Of a stretch of DNA of 64,000 nt, positions 44,617 to 55,027 are shown piece after piece. Within the stretch, counting starts at the first letter, position 1; each line of letters opens with the position of its first letter. The notes beneath the pieces were generated by a model. It searched no databases. It saw only the letters and a program-made list of their open reading frames with translations, and was not told the origin of the DNA. Both the position numbers and the translations under genes were made by a program. Source of the DNA: Kiritimatiellia bacterium (GTDB taxonomy: Bacteria; Verrucomicrobiota; Kiritimatiellia; RFP12; UBA1067); the NCBI GenBank assembly GCA_050949565.1, contig JBMNFY010000017.1, positions 1,152,001-1,216,000 on the forward strand. The letters run 5' to 3'.

Positions 44617-46287
44617 ATGCTCGTTCAGCTTTCAGTCAAAAATTTGGCCATTGTCGAAATGGCCGAGGTGGTGTTCGGTCCCGGCCTCAACATCATCACC
44701 GGTGAGACCGGCGCGGGCAAGTCGGTGCTTATGGGTGCTTTGGATTTGGTGCTCGGCGGACGCGCTGACAGGTCCGCCGTGCGCGAGGGCGCCTCAGAAG
44801 CCTGGGTAGAGGCCGTGTTCAGCCTCGCCGACAGCCGTGCCGTCGACCGTCTGCTTGATGACGCCAGCCTGCCGCTGTGCGAAGAGGGTGCATTGCTGGT
44901 GCGGCGTTCGGTCGCGGCCGCGGGCGCGGGCCGCTGCTTGGTCAATGACACGCCGACCACGGTTCAGACGCTGCGCCGTCTGGGCAGCCTGCTGGTTGAT
45001 ATCCACGGACCGTACGACCATCAGTCACTGCTTGATCCAGATTTCCAGCGCGATGTGCTGGATGCCTATGGCCATTGCGCCGCCGTGCGCGATGCTTACA
45101 GCGGGGCGTGGCGCGAACTTCAAACGCTGCGCGCGCGCCTGGCTGAATTGCAGGGCGACACCGCCGATATCGAGGCCGAGATCGACCGCTTGCAGTTTAT
45201 GGTCGACGAGATTTCAAGCGCGGGGCTGAGTGAAGATGACGAGGAGCCTTTAGTCGCCCAGCACGCCGAGGCCGCCAACGCCGAGCAGATCCTCGCAGTG
45301 GGCACGGCGATCTGCAACGGACTGATAGACGGCGAACAGTCGGCCTTTGACCTGCTGGCCGGGATCCAGACGCAACTTACCGAGCTGGCGCACATCCTGC
45401 CCGAGGCCGCCGCCTGGCGCACCGACGCGCAGGCCGCCGCCGTCCAAATCCAAGAGGTAGGACGCGCCGTCGCCGACCGACTCATCCGGATCGAGGCCGA
45501 TCCCGACCGCCTGCAGCAGCTTGAGGCGCGCATGGCTTTGGTCCAAAGGCTAAAGCGCAAATACGGGCGCACCGTCGGCGACGTACTGGCCACGCTCGCC
45601 GAACATCAAGCGCGCCTGCACGACTTGGCAACGCGCACCGAACAGGTCGAACGCTTGCAGACCGATATCGCAGAGGCTGAGGGTGTCCTTACCCGTAAGG
45701 CTGACGCGCTCACCAAGAGCCGTACGCAGGCCGCCGGTAAACTGGCCCGCGCAATCACCAAAGAGTTGCACGACCTCGGCTTCCTCAAATCCGGCTTCGC
45801 GGTGGACCTCGCGGCCTGTGCGCCGGGGCCGCACGGCGCGGACCTCATCTCATTCGGTTTCGCCCCCAACCCCGGCGAGCCGATGCGACCGCTGAAAGCC
45901 ATCGCCTCCAGCGGCGAGATCTCGCGCGTCATGCTCGCCGTCAAAGCGGTACTCGCCGCGCATGACAGCATCCCCGTACTGGTGTTTGATGAGATCGACG
46001 CCAACATCGGCGGCGAGATCGGGCGCGTCGTGGGCCAGAAGATGCGTCATGTGGCCGAAACCCACCAGGTCATCTCCATCACGCACCTGCCGCAGTCCGC
46101 CGTCTACGGCCACCAGCACTACGTGGTTTCAAAAGAGGTGGTCAAAGGACGCACGCGTATGCGCGTCGAGGCACTTGACGATGCGCACCGCGTCGACGAA
46201 ATCGCGCGCATGCTCGGCGGCAAAGGGCTGACCAGCGTAATCGAAAGCCACGCCCGCGAACTACTCGCCTCTGCGAGAGAGAAGTGA
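44617..46287 (+). CDS. recN: DNA repair protein RecN
   Basis: TGETGAGKS, ASSGEISR, FDEIDANIGG, ITHLPQ, EIARMLGG. Confidence 0.96.
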   Translation: MLVQLSVKNLAIVEMAEVVFGPGLNIITGETGAGKSVLMGALDLVLGGRADRSAVREGASEAWVEAVFSLADSRAVDRLLDDASLPLCEEGALLVRRSVAAAGAGRCLVNDTPTTVQTLRRLGSLLVDIHGPYDHQSLLDPDFQRDVLDAYGHCAAVRDAYSGAWRELQTLRARLAELQGDTADIEAEIDRLQFMVDEISSAGLSEDDEEPLVAQHAEAANAEQILAVGTAICNGLIDGEQSAFDLLAGIQTQLTELAHILPEAAAWRTDAQAAAVQIQEVGRAVADRLIRIEADPDRLQQLEARMALVQRLKRKYGRTVGDVLATLAEHQARLHDLATRTEQVERLQTDIAEAEGVLTRKADALTKSRTQAAGKLARAITKELHDLGFLKSGFAVDLAACAPGPHGADLISFGFAPNPGEPMRPLKAIASSGEISRVMLAVKAVLAAHDSIPVLVFDEIDANIGGEIGRVVGQKMRHVAETHQVISITHLPQSAVYGHQHYVVSKEVVKGRTRMRVEALDDAHRVDEIARMLGGKGLTSVIESHARELLASAREK

Positions 46288-46405
46288 TAGGTAAGATGTA
46301 ATAGGTAACCGGTAGGTAAGAAGCAGTAGGCAGTAGGCAATAGGCAATAGGCAAAAACTCCTAAATCCTAAATATTAACTCTGGCCTTCGCGTCGCGCGC
46401 GGCGG

Positions 46406-47099
46406 TCAGGAGAATTGCTTGATGGCACCCGCGACGGCGCGCACCAGCAGGTTGACAACCGCTGAATAGGCCGCTGCCGTGCGCACCAGCAGGGCGGCAA
46501 CCACCGCCGACAGTGAGATAGAGGTGGTGCAGATCAGCCAGAGAAGAATCCCCAGCATATTGAAAATATAGATCACGGCGTACGAAAGGATCCGCCCGTA
46601 CTCGAGAATGTCGGGTTGCCGGGTCAAGAGGCTCTGGACAGTGAAGCAGAGATGGAACCCCCAAGTAAGCCCGACGAGAAAAAGCCAGACATAAGGCAAG
46701 GGAACGGGTTGCACAAAACACCCGACCAGCCAGCGGAGCAGCAGCACCAGCACCGTGTAGAAAGGAAAGAAGTAGGGCGCCAGCGTAATCAGCAGGTTGG
46801 TCTTGGAGAGGCTGACGCTGCCGCCTTTAGCCGTGACCTTCATCTTGCGAATCCGCGCGCCGAAAAGCAAGGCCCAGAGCGCATGCGTCAACTCGTGCGC
46901 CATCACGTAAGCCCGTGCAGGCTGCGGCATGACGAACCATAAGACCAGCCAGAGCGTGTAGCCGATTCCCAACCAAAGCACTTCGGGAGAAAAAAGACCG
47001 CCCGCCAACCCGCGTAACAGGTCAAGCAGGGCCGAGAGTCATCGCCACACACAGCGGAATCAACGCCAATCCCGCAACCAGCCGGAAAAAACGATTCAT
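46406..47099 (-). pseudogene. membrane HExxH (M50-like) protein with +1 frameshift at ~47033
   Basis: YVMAHELTHA, LAPYF; upstream ATG 47099 (MNRFFRLVAGLALIPLCVAMTL) joins the frame if one base of CTC G GCC is removed. Confidence 0.7.
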
Positions 47100-47105
47100 T
47101 CAGGA

Positions 47106-47402
47106 TTACCGCGACGCCTCGGCATCGAACACAAAGACCAGTTCCCCTTCGCGCACCCGCCGGTTCATGCGGGCCACGCGCTCGACATACTCAGGATCGG
47201 TCTTGAAACGTTGCTGCTTATCCTTCAGCAGCTTGAGTTGGTGGTTCTTGTAATCGATCCGACGCATCAGCTCGTTCCGCTGCTGGTCGAGCCCCTTCAT
47301 TTGATAGTATTTGGGGACAATCGTCACCGCACCCGCGATAATCACGAGTGCCGTAGCGATAATCAACGTCGTCCGCGTTATGATGGTCAAAAATACGTTC
47401 AC
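47106..47402 (-). CDS. septum formation initiator (FtsB/DivIC-like)
   Basis: TM helix, coiled coil, DPEYVERVAR......GELVF. Confidence 0.8.
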   Translation of the reverse strand: MNVFLTIITRTTLIIATALVIIAGAVTIVPKYYQMKGLDQQRNELMRRIDYKNHQLKLLKDKQQRFKTDPEYVERVARMNRRVREGELVFVFDAEASR

Positions 47403-47590
47403 AACTTCAGCCACATCTGGACACAACCCACAGTATCCACCCCCAGTGAACACATTGTGCGGAGAAAAGTCAACCGGATTTTTGAAAAATCCAACGGAAA
47501 ACCAATCCCCGTTTTTACGCCGCTCATTTTAGGCTCTTATTTCGGGTTCTGCAACGCTATAATGAAAAGAACTTCACTGGAGAATGTGGA

Positions 47591-48877
47591 ATGAAGAAGC
47601 TGTTAGTGATCCAGGTCGCCGCGCTCGGTCATGCTTGGGCCGAGCGGCACGGTGTCCGTACGGTGGCCGGTTTGCCGTTGCGCCCGCTCGCGCCGGTTTT
47701 CCCGGCCCTGACCTGTACCGCGCAGGCGACCCTGCGTACTGGCTTGACGCCTGCGGCGCACGGTATGGTCGCGAACGGCTTTTTTGATCCGACGCTGCGT
47801 CGTGCGTCTTTTTGGGAGCAGTCCAGCGCTTTGGTGCAGGGACCGCGTATCTGGCAGGCGTTCCGCGACCGGGGCGGCACGGTGGGCATGACCTTTTTCC
47901 AACAGAGCTTAGGTGAGTCGGTGGACCTCGTGTTTTCGCCAGCGCCGATCCACAAGCACAGCGGCGGTATGATCATGGGGTGTTACGGACAACCATCCGG
48001 ACTGGAGGCACGCCTCACCGCACATGCCGGCAGCGCCTTCCGCCTCAGCCAGTACTGGGGGCCGTTGGCGTCGGTCAAGGCCTCGGAATGGATTACCGAG
48101 GCCATTGCCGGCCTGCTCGCCGAGCCGGATGCGCCGGATTTGCTTTTCACCTACCTGCCAGGTTTGGATTATGACCTACAGCGCTTCGGGCCGGATCACC
48201 CGCGTAGCCTACGCGCCCTCAAAACGGTCCATGCGGAGTTGGAGCGGCTCTTTGCTGTTGCCGCCGCCAACGACTACGAGGTCGCGGCCTTCGGCGATTA
48301 CGCGATCACGCCAGTCACAGGCGCCCCGGTCTTTCCCAATCGTGCCCTGCGTGCCACCGGGCTCATGGCGGTGCGCGATGTGCGCGGTATGCTCTATCCC
48401 GACTTTTACCAGAGCCGCGCCTTTGCGGTGGTTGACCATCAGGTCGCGCTGGTCTCCGTGCTTGATCCCTCCGCCCTGCCGCGCGCAGCCGAGGTTCTCG
48501 GCGCACTGGAGGGCGTGGCTCAGGTACTGGACAAGGCCGGACAGGCCGCGCTAGGTGTCGATCATCCCCGCGCCGGCGAGCTGTTGCTGGTGGCATCGCC
48601 GGGGTACTGGTTCGCCTACCCGTGGTGGGACACCGCCCGCGAGGCACCTGATTACGCCGGTCACGTCGATATCCACAGCAAACCGGGCTTCGATCCGTGC
48701 GAGCTGTTTTTCGATCGGCTACCCTTCCGCACCTGTCAGGATCGCACCCGCATCCGTGGCACGCACGGCTTGGCCGGTCCCGACTGCGAAACTGCCTTTG
48801 TTTCAACCCAGCCCTTCGCCTGTTCCGCACTGCCGGAATTCGCCGCCGCTGTGCGCGCGTGGCTCGCGCCGACATGA
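47591..48877 (+). CDS. alkaline phosphatase/nucleotide pyrophosphatase family protein (EboF-like)
   Basis: PVFPALTCTAQA...TG....HG.V.NG, YLP.LDYDLQRFGP, VDIH.KPG.DP.ELF, GTHG. Confidence 0.8.
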   Translation: MKKLLVIQVAALGHAWAERHGVRTVAGLPLRPLAPVFPALTCTAQATLRTGLTPAAHGMVANGFFDPTLRRASFWEQSSALVQGPRIWQAFRDRGGTVGMTFFQQSLGESVDLVFSPAPIHKHSGGMIMGCYGQPSGLEARLTAHAGSAFRLSQYWGPLASVKASEWITEAIAGLLAEPDAPDLLFTYLPGLDYDLQRFGPDHPRSLRALKTVHAELERLFAVAAANDYEVAAFGDYAITPVTGAPVFPNRALRATGLMAVRDVRGMLYPDFYQSRAFAVVDHQVALVSVLDPSALPRAAEVLGALEGVAQVLDKAGQAALGVDHPRAGELLLVASPGYWFAYPWWDTAREAPDYAGHVDIHSKPGFDPCELFFDRLPFRTCQDRTRIRGTHGLAGPDCETAFVSTQPFACSALPEFAAAVRAWLAPT

Positions 48878-48898
48878 TCCCCGCAATCCCCGAATGAT

Positions 48899-50071
48899 AT
48901 GAAAACCATCCAACAAGCTATTTCAGTCTCGTTCCGTTACCCCGTCATATTCACACACGGCGTTTTTGATCCGGAGAACACCGCATTGGTCAAGACCCTG
49001 ACCCGCGGCCGACACACGACGCGCGCCCGTGCGCTGGTAGTGGTCGACGACGGTGTCGCTGCGGCGTGGCCCGCGCTCTGCGATGATATCGCACGCTACT
49101 TTAGCATGCATGACGCATCGCTTGAGCTGGTACGCGCACCGCTGGTCGTGCCGGGTGGCGAGCAGGCCAAAAACGAGTGGAACACCGTGCGCGAGCTGAT
49201 GACGCTGGCCGCCGCCGAGCACATGGATCGGCACAGCTATTTTGTGGCGGTCGGCGGCGGCAGCATGCTCGACATGGTCGGTTTCGCCGCCGCCTTGATT
49301 CACCGCGGTCTGCGGTTCGTGCGCCTGCCGACCACCGTGCTGGCGCAGAACGATGCCGGGGTCGGCGTCAAAAACGGCATGAACGCTGTCGGTGCCAAGA
49401 ACTTTGTGGGAACCTTCGCGCCACCATTCGCGGTGCTCAACGATGGCGACTTTCTGCGGACGCTACCGCAGCGCGAATGGGTCGGGGGTGTCGCGGAGGC
49501 GTTCAAGGTGGCGATCATCAAAGACGCGCATTTTTTTGACTACCTCTGCAAAAAAGCGGCGGCCTTGCGCGACCGGGACCAGCGCGTGATGGAGCGTGTC
49601 GTACACAAGACCGCCGCGCTGCATCTGGAGCATATCGCGACCTCCGGTGATCCGTTTGAATTTGGCAGCGCGCGCCCGCTCGACTTCGGCCACTGGGCCG
49701 CGCACCGCTTGGAGTTGCTCTCCGGTTTCACGCTGGGACACGGCCCGGCCGTCGCGATCGGCATCGCACTCGACAGCACTTATGCGATGCTGAAACGCCT
49801 GATCACACCGGCCGAGCATCAATCGATCATCGACGGTTTGGCGACCTGCGGTCTACCCGTGTGGTCGCCGCTGCTGGAGCGGCCCGGCGCCGACGGCCAG
49901 CCGGATGTGCTGGTCGGCCTTGAGCAGTTCCGTGAGCATCTCGGCGGCCGCCTGTGCGTAACGTTGCCCCGCTCGATCGGCGATAAGGTCGAAGTTCACC
50001 GCATCGACCTGCCGCTCATGGTTGAGGCCATCGGGCGTCTGCGCCCCGCACCTGCTGAGGGAGAAAAATGA
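48899..50071 (+). CDS. 3-dehydroquinate synthase-like sugar phosphate cyclase (EboD-like)
   Basis: GGE..KN, GGG..LD..GFAA, PTTVLAQND.GVGVKN, GDPFE.GSARPLDFGHWAAH. Confidence 0.85.
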   Translation: MKTIQQAISVSFRYPVIFTHGVFDPENTALVKTLTRGRHTTRARALVVVDDGVAAAWPALCDDIARYFSMHDASLELVRAPLVVPGGEQAKNEWNTVRELMTLAAAEHMDRHSYFVAVGGGSMLDMVGFAAALIHRGLRFVRLPTTVLAQNDAGVGVKNGMNAVGAKNFVGTFAPPFAVLNDGDFLRTLPQREWVGGVAEAFKVAIIKDAHFFDYLCKKAAALRDRDQRVMERVVHKTAALHLEHIATSGDPFEFGSARPLDFGHWAAHRLELLSGFTLGHGPAVAIGIALDSTYAMLKRLITPAEHQSIIDGLATCGLPVWSPLLERPGADGQPDVLVGLEQFREHLGGRLCVTLPRSIGDKVEVHRIDLPLMVEAIGRLRPAPAEGEK

Positions 50072-50991
50072 AAAAAGGGGCACGCTCCTACGCAAACGAT
50101 CCCATCGTCTATCTCGATGGAAAAGAGCGGCGGTCGCTTGACCTCCGGCCATACGGGGTGGCGTGTATTCCATTTCTCGGCTTAAGCAATTTCCAGACGG
50201 TGCGGACGGGAACGGAAGAGCATGTGCATGAAGGATGTGTCGAGGTCTCCTTGTGCCTACGCGGCAATCTCGCGTTTGAGGCCGACGGCATTGAGTACCC
50301 GTTTCTGCCGGGTTCAGTCTTTGTATCACAACCGCATGAACCGCATCGGATGCGCCACAATCCCAAGGGACTCATGCTTCAGCGCATCCTTTTCAAGATT
50401 CCGAAAAAAGGGGCGTGTGTGCTTGATTTGCCGCGCCGCGAAAACGCATGGCTCGTTCGGGAAATGCAAAATTTTCCCATGCGGTTGTTCCCCGCAACGG
50501 AACGAGTCAAGGTTGCGTTTGCGAGACTTTTCGAGCGGTACGACTCTGAAGAACGCGGGACGGTATCCTGTCGGCTCAAAATGAAAGCGGCGGTGCTCGA
50601 ACTCCTGCTGGCACTGATTGAAGCTCCGCATGCCCCGGCGTCTTCGAAAGGACGCCCGCACGCCAAAGTGAAGGCGATCGTCGAGCGGCTGCGAAAAATG
50701 CCGACGGAAAATTATCCCGTGGAAAACCTCGCGCAGGAGGCCGCGCTCTCTGTCGTAGCTTTCACCGATGCGTTCAAGCGGGCCACCGGGCTCCCCCCTC
50801 ACGCCTTCCTCCTCGATCAGCGGGTCAAGGCCGCCCGGATCGACCTCGCCGATCCGCTCAAGAATATTGCGTCGATCGCCGCGAAATACCGCTTCTCGTC
50901 GCCTCAGCATTTTGCCACGGTCTTCAAACGCATCACCGGCCAAACGCCTCGCGCGTACCGCGAACGCGTTACGCGCGGAGTCAACATGTAG
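50068..50991 (+). CDS. AraC-family transcriptional regulator
   Basis: HVHEGCVE cupin; FKRATG.PP...FSSPQHFATVFKR.TG HTH. Confidence 0.9.
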   Translation: MKKGARSYANDPIVYLDGKERRSLDLRPYGVACIPFLGLSNFQTVRTGTEEHVHEGCVEVSLCLRGNLAFEADGIEYPFLPGSVFVSQPHEPHRMRHNPKGLMLQRILFKIPKKGACVLDLPRRENAWLVREMQNFPMRLFPATERVKVAFARLFERYDSEERGTVSCRLKMKAAVLELLLALIEAPHAPASSKGRPHAKVKAIVERLRKMPTENYPVENLAQEAALSVVAFTDAFKRATGLPPHAFLLDQRVKAARIDLADPLKNIASIAAKYRFSSPQHFATVFKRITGQTPRAYRERVTRGVNM

Positions 50992-50992
50992 A

Positions 50993-51481
50993 AATTAGGA
51001 TTTAGGAGTTAGGAGTTAGCACTGCTCGGTTTTTCTCTCACAGAGGCACAGAGGGCACAGAGAGGCTTTTGGGATTTGGCGCTGCCTGGTTTTTTCTCAC
51101 ACAAAGGCACTAAGGGCACAAAATTTTTTTTTGGGGGGGGGCTGGCCGCAAATCGCAAGTCGCGGGTCGCGAGTCAGCCTCCCTTATTGCGACCACCCAG
51201 TGGTCACAATGGTGAGAGTAAAAGCACTGCTCGGCTTTTTCACTGCGCAGAGGTCAGTAGGGCGGGGCGTCTCGAACCGCCCTGCGCATGTCTTTTACCG
51301 GCGGCTCTCTTTCGGCGGTCCGAGACGTCCCGCCGTACTTTGTCTCACGCCAAATCCAGTTGTCCGGCTCGCGGAGCACCGGGAGGGACGAGCGTCGCTC
51401 GTCCGCGGGCAAGCAGACGCTTGCCCCTCCCTGCGCTTCGCAAACCCGATGGCAAGAGTTGGTTTCAAATTACCTGTCCCT
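50993..51481. repeat. mosaic of 7/9-mer repeats and REP-like palindromes
   Basis: TTAGGA 7-mers, CACAGAGG 9-mers, ATTGCGACCAC..GTGGTCACAAT, GGGACGAGCGTCGCTCGTCC, AAATTACCTGTCCCTT. Confidence 0.75.
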
Positions 51482-52678
51482 TGGTTGTCGGGGACTGCCG
51501 ATCCTTCCGGGACTGCCGGTAGCGGCGGTGCGGTTGGCGGCGCGCCAGGCGCGCATGGAGTGGCCCGTTGTGCGTTTGAAGAATTTGCGCAAGGAGTTCG
51601 GATTCGTGAAGCCGCAAAAATCAGAGATCGCCTTCAGTTGAATGTTCGGGTCTTTGAGTAACTGCTTGGCACGATCAAGCTGGACGGCGTGGATTTCATC
51701 GAGAATGGAATGGCCGGTGGCTTTCCGGAAACGGATGTCCGCCTGCCGCCGTGAACAGGGGAAAAGCCGTGCGACGCGCGCCGCCGTGAGACCGTTGCAG
51801 GCTTCGCGGCGGATGAAGTCCAGCGCCTCAAGGACGCTCTTGTCCGTTTGAACGAGAAGACGTGTCGAGGCGCGGCGGACGATTCTGAACGGCCCGAACG
51901 AGTGATGACGCTTGCCCTGATAGCCCTCTTTCGCGCGAAAACGCGCGAGCAACATGAGCGCGGCGAGATTCCCGCCGCGGCGGAAGTCGGGTTCAATGGA
52001 GGAGAGCGTTGGGACAGTGTGCTCGCAAATGGGTTCGTAGTTGTCCACACCGAGAACGGCGAGTGCCTCGGGGATGGCGATCTCCTCGAATCTGGCCGCT
52101 GTAATCGCTTCGGCCGCTGTCTGATCGTTCGCAGCAAAAAGTGCGCAGGGCTTCGGAAGTCCTCGAAGAAACAGACGGAGTTCATGCTGTCGTTTGGTTG
52201 CGTCCCCCACTGCTTGCGGGGCGAACACCCTGCAGCGTTTCCCATTCAACTTGAGAGCGGCAATGAAAGCCTTCTGACGTACCGTACACCAGTGGTGCGG
52301 TTCGGCATGCGGAAGATAGGCGAAGGTGTCGAACCGCGTCATCAATAGTTCGCGTGCCGCGAGCCGTGCTGTTTCTGCCGAATCATGCGTCACGGAAAAG
52401 CTGCCGCTCGGAAGCGTCTGCTGATCGTGTGAGAAGAACACGGTCGGCAGCATATCGAACTGACGTGCGTCGACGGTTGCGGACTCCTTGCCGCATTCGA
52501 CGATTGCGCCGAGCGGATGCCAGAACTCCACGAGTTCGCGGAGCCGTGTCTGCGTCGGGAATTCGTCGATGGCCTGCACATACCAGCCGATGCGCTTGGC
52601 GATTTCAAGCACGCCGGCGAGCTTGCCTGGTGCGCTCGTCTTTGCAGGCGATTGAAAATAGAGGATGACCTTTACCAT
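51470..52678 (-). CDS. XylR-like regulator (periplasmic-binding sensor plus AraC HTH)
   Basis: LPKPCALFAAND, IPEALAVLGVDN, TLSSI, RRAST, C-terminal AraC HTH. Confidence 0.88.
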   Translation of the reverse strand: MVKVILYFQSPAKTSAPGKLAGVLEIAKRIGWYVQAIDEFPTQTRLRELVEFWHPLGAIVECGKESATVDARQFDMLPTVFFSHDQQTLPSGSFSVTHDSAETARLAARELLMTRFDTFAYLPHAEPHHWCTVRQKAFIAALKLNGKRCRVFAPQAVGDATKRQHELRLFLRGLPKPCALFAANDQTAAEAITAARFEEIAIPEALAVLGVDNYEPICEHTVPTLSSIEPDFRRGGNLAALMLLARFRAKEGYQGKRHHSFGPFRIVRRASTRLLVQTDKSVLEALDFIRREACNGLTAARVARLFPCSRRQADIRFRKATGHSILDEIHAVQLDRAKQLLKDPNIQLKAISDFCGFTNPNSLRKFFKRTTGHSMRAWRAANRTAATGSPGRIGSPRQPRDR

Positions 52679-52887
52679 GACTCGTAGTTTAGCACGTCCG
52701 CGGCAGGTTCTCAAACGGGATTCTTTTTTTTGCTGGAACGGGATTATGAATAGCGGGCGGTCTGCTATACTGCGAATTATGCGCTTACGGTGAAGTGAAT
52801 GTTTCGAGGATTGAAGTTGACGATGTAGTGACAAGAGGGCGGAGAAGCGTGCGTTGCCGTTGATGTGAGCCCCCTTAAAACGAAAGG

Positions 52888-54990
52888 ATGCTGATGATGC
52901 GAAGTGTATTTGTTTTGACGCTGGTGCTAGCCGCGAAAATGGTCAGCGCGGAGGGGTTCGCGCTTGTGACGGCGGATTGTGCCGTACCGATCACGGTGGC
53001 GGCGGGCGAGCCTGAGTTTGTGCGGCTCGCGGCGGAGGATCTGGCGTCGGACGTGCAGAAGATCACAGGCAAACGGCCTAAGCTCGTGACGGACGGCCAG
53101 GTGCCGGCCGGCGTGTGTGTGGTGATCCGTACGAAGGCGGGCGGCCCCTGGGAGAGTTACCGCGTCTCGACCGAAGGCGGGCGGCTCGTCATCGAGGGCG
53201 GCGACGCGCGCGGTACGGTGTTCGGCGTGTACGCTTTCATCGAACGGTATCTGAAGGTTGATCCCTTGTACTACTGGTCCGGCCGCGAACCGGAAAAGCG
53301 CGCGGAGTTACGCTGGGATTCGGTCGCGCTGAGCTCGGGCGCACCGTCGTTCAAGTTCCGCGGCTGGTTCATCAACGACGAGGACTTTTTGACTGAATGG
53401 AAAGAGAGCGCGGGCAAGCGCTACATCGATTATCCGTTCTACAGCCAGGTCGTGAATCACGATGTGATACGGGCGATCATCGAGTCGTTGGTGCGAAGCG
53501 GTTTCAACCTCATCATCCCGGCGAGTTTCATCGACATCATGAACCCGCCCGAGTCCGCAATCATCCAGGAGTGCGTGCGGCGCGGCGTGTTCGTGTCACA
53601 GCATCACGTCGAGCCCCTGGGGGTGAGCGCATTTTCCTACTTCAACTACTGGAAAGCGCGCGGCAAAGACCTGAAGTACTCCTGCTTCAGCCATCCCGCA
53701 GAGGTACGCGAGGTGTGGCGCGCCTACGCGCAGAAGTGGGCTGCGTACCCGAACGTGATCTGGCAGCTCGGGTTGCGCGGCGTGGCGGATCGCCCCATGT
53801 GGCATGCGGATTCCAACGTGCCGCAATCGAACGAAGAGCGCGGGCGGATCATCTCCGAGGCGATGGCGGAGCAGGTGCGGATCTTAGACGAGGTCTGTCC
53901 GAATCAACCGCGTCTGATGTCGACGACGCTGTGGGCGGAAGGGGCGGTGCTAAACCAAAAAGGGTTGCTAAAGATTCCAGAGGGCACAATCATTGTGTTT
54001 GCCGACAACTCGCCCGGATGGAAATGGCAGCGGGACTTCTACGAGACTCCGCGCAATCCTAAGAACACATACGGGGTCTACTACCACCACGCACTGATCG
54101 GTGGCGGCCCGCACCTCGCGCAGGCGGTGCCGCCGAACAAGACGTTCGAACTGCTGCGGGCAGCGCAGGAGCGGGGAGCGGGTGAGTACGCGATCTTCAA
54201 CGTCTCGAATATCCGCGAGTTCGTGTTGGGCATCGCCGCGACAGCGGAGATGACGTGGCGGATGGAGGGCTATGCCCCAGATGCGTGGCTGGACGGTTGG
54301 GTGGGCGAGCGCTTCTCGAAGCGGCAGGCGGAAATCGCCAACGCCTACCGCATCTACTTCAACGCCTACCAAATCCACGACCTGCAAAAAGTGCCGTTCC
54401 TGCTGGACGGGAATATGTTCCTCGCGGGCAACAAGGCCTTGCTCACGATGGCCGAGAAGATCAGGGGCAAAAGGATCGGGGCTGGGGCATCGACCGAGAA
54501 GATGCTGGCGTCCGGCGGGGGCGACGATAAGAAAGCGGAGGACGACGCTTTCTGGGACGGGCTGAGCGACGCGATACCGAAGCCGCTGCCCCGACGCGAA
54601 TCGTTCAAGCGTATTGTCGCCGAAAAGGCGGGCTTTGAGTTGGCTCTGCTGCATGCGCGCACCGCCGGAAGTGCGTTGCCGGAGGGAGAGGCCGCGCTCC
54701 TTTACGACAACCTGATTTATCCGTGCGGAATCATGCAGCAGACCTGTGCGTGGCTGGATCGGGTTTTCATCGCCCACGAAGCGCTTGATCTCGGCGACCT
54801 GCCAACGTGTGTGCGGTTGTTGAAAGAGGCCGATGAGGCGTTCTCGGAGATTCCGCATCTGGCCAAAGGGTACTGCGCGGGAAAGTGGGCCGACTGGTAT
54901 CGGGGTTGTAAAAAGCTGAATATTACTGCGACACTGAAAAGAACACGGGATGTCGCGAAGCTGGCTGAAAGGGCGGCGGCACAGAAATGA
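52888..54990 (+). CDS. glycoside hydrolase, GH115-like
   Basis: Signal peptide; G.DARGTVFGVY....YLKVDPLYYW, P.FKFRGWFINDE, SQHHVEPL, GLRG..D, GVYYH, NVSNIRE. Confidence 0.72.
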   Translation: MLMMRSVFVLTLVLAAKMVSAEGFALVTADCAVPITVAAGEPEFVRLAAEDLASDVQKITGKRPKLVTDGQVPAGVCVVIRTKAGGPWESYRVSTEGGRLVIEGGDARGTVFGVYAFIERYLKVDPLYYWSGREPEKRAELRWDSVALSSGAPSFKFRGWFINDEDFLTEWKESAGKRYIDYPFYSQVVNHDVIRAIIESLVRSGFNLIIPASFIDIMNPPESAIIQECVRRGVFVSQHHVEPLGVSAFSYFNYWKARGKDLKYSCFSHPAEVREVWRAYAQKWAAYPNVIWQLGLRGVADRPMWHADSNVPQSNEERGRIISEAMAEQVRILDEVCPNQPRLMSTTLWAEGAVLNQKGLLKIPEGTIIVFADNSPGWKWQRDFYETPRNPKNTYGVYYHHALIGGGPHLAQAVPPNKTFELLRAAQERGAGEYAIFNVSNIREFVLGIAATAEMTWRMEGYAPDAWLDGWVGERFSKRQAEIANAYRIYFNAYQIHDLQKVPFLLDGNMFLAGNKALLTMAEKIRGKRIGAGASTEKMLASGGGDDKKAEDDAFWDGLSDAIPKPLPRRESFKRIVAEKAGFELALLHARTAGSALPEGEAALLYDNLIYPCGIMQQTCAWLDRVFIAHEALDLGDLPTCVRLLKEADEAFSEIPHLAKGYCAGKWADWYRGCKKLNITATLKRTRDVAKLAERAAAQK

Positions 54991-55027
54991 CAAATGGACT
55001 TCAAATTACCTGTCCCTTAAGGCAAAC

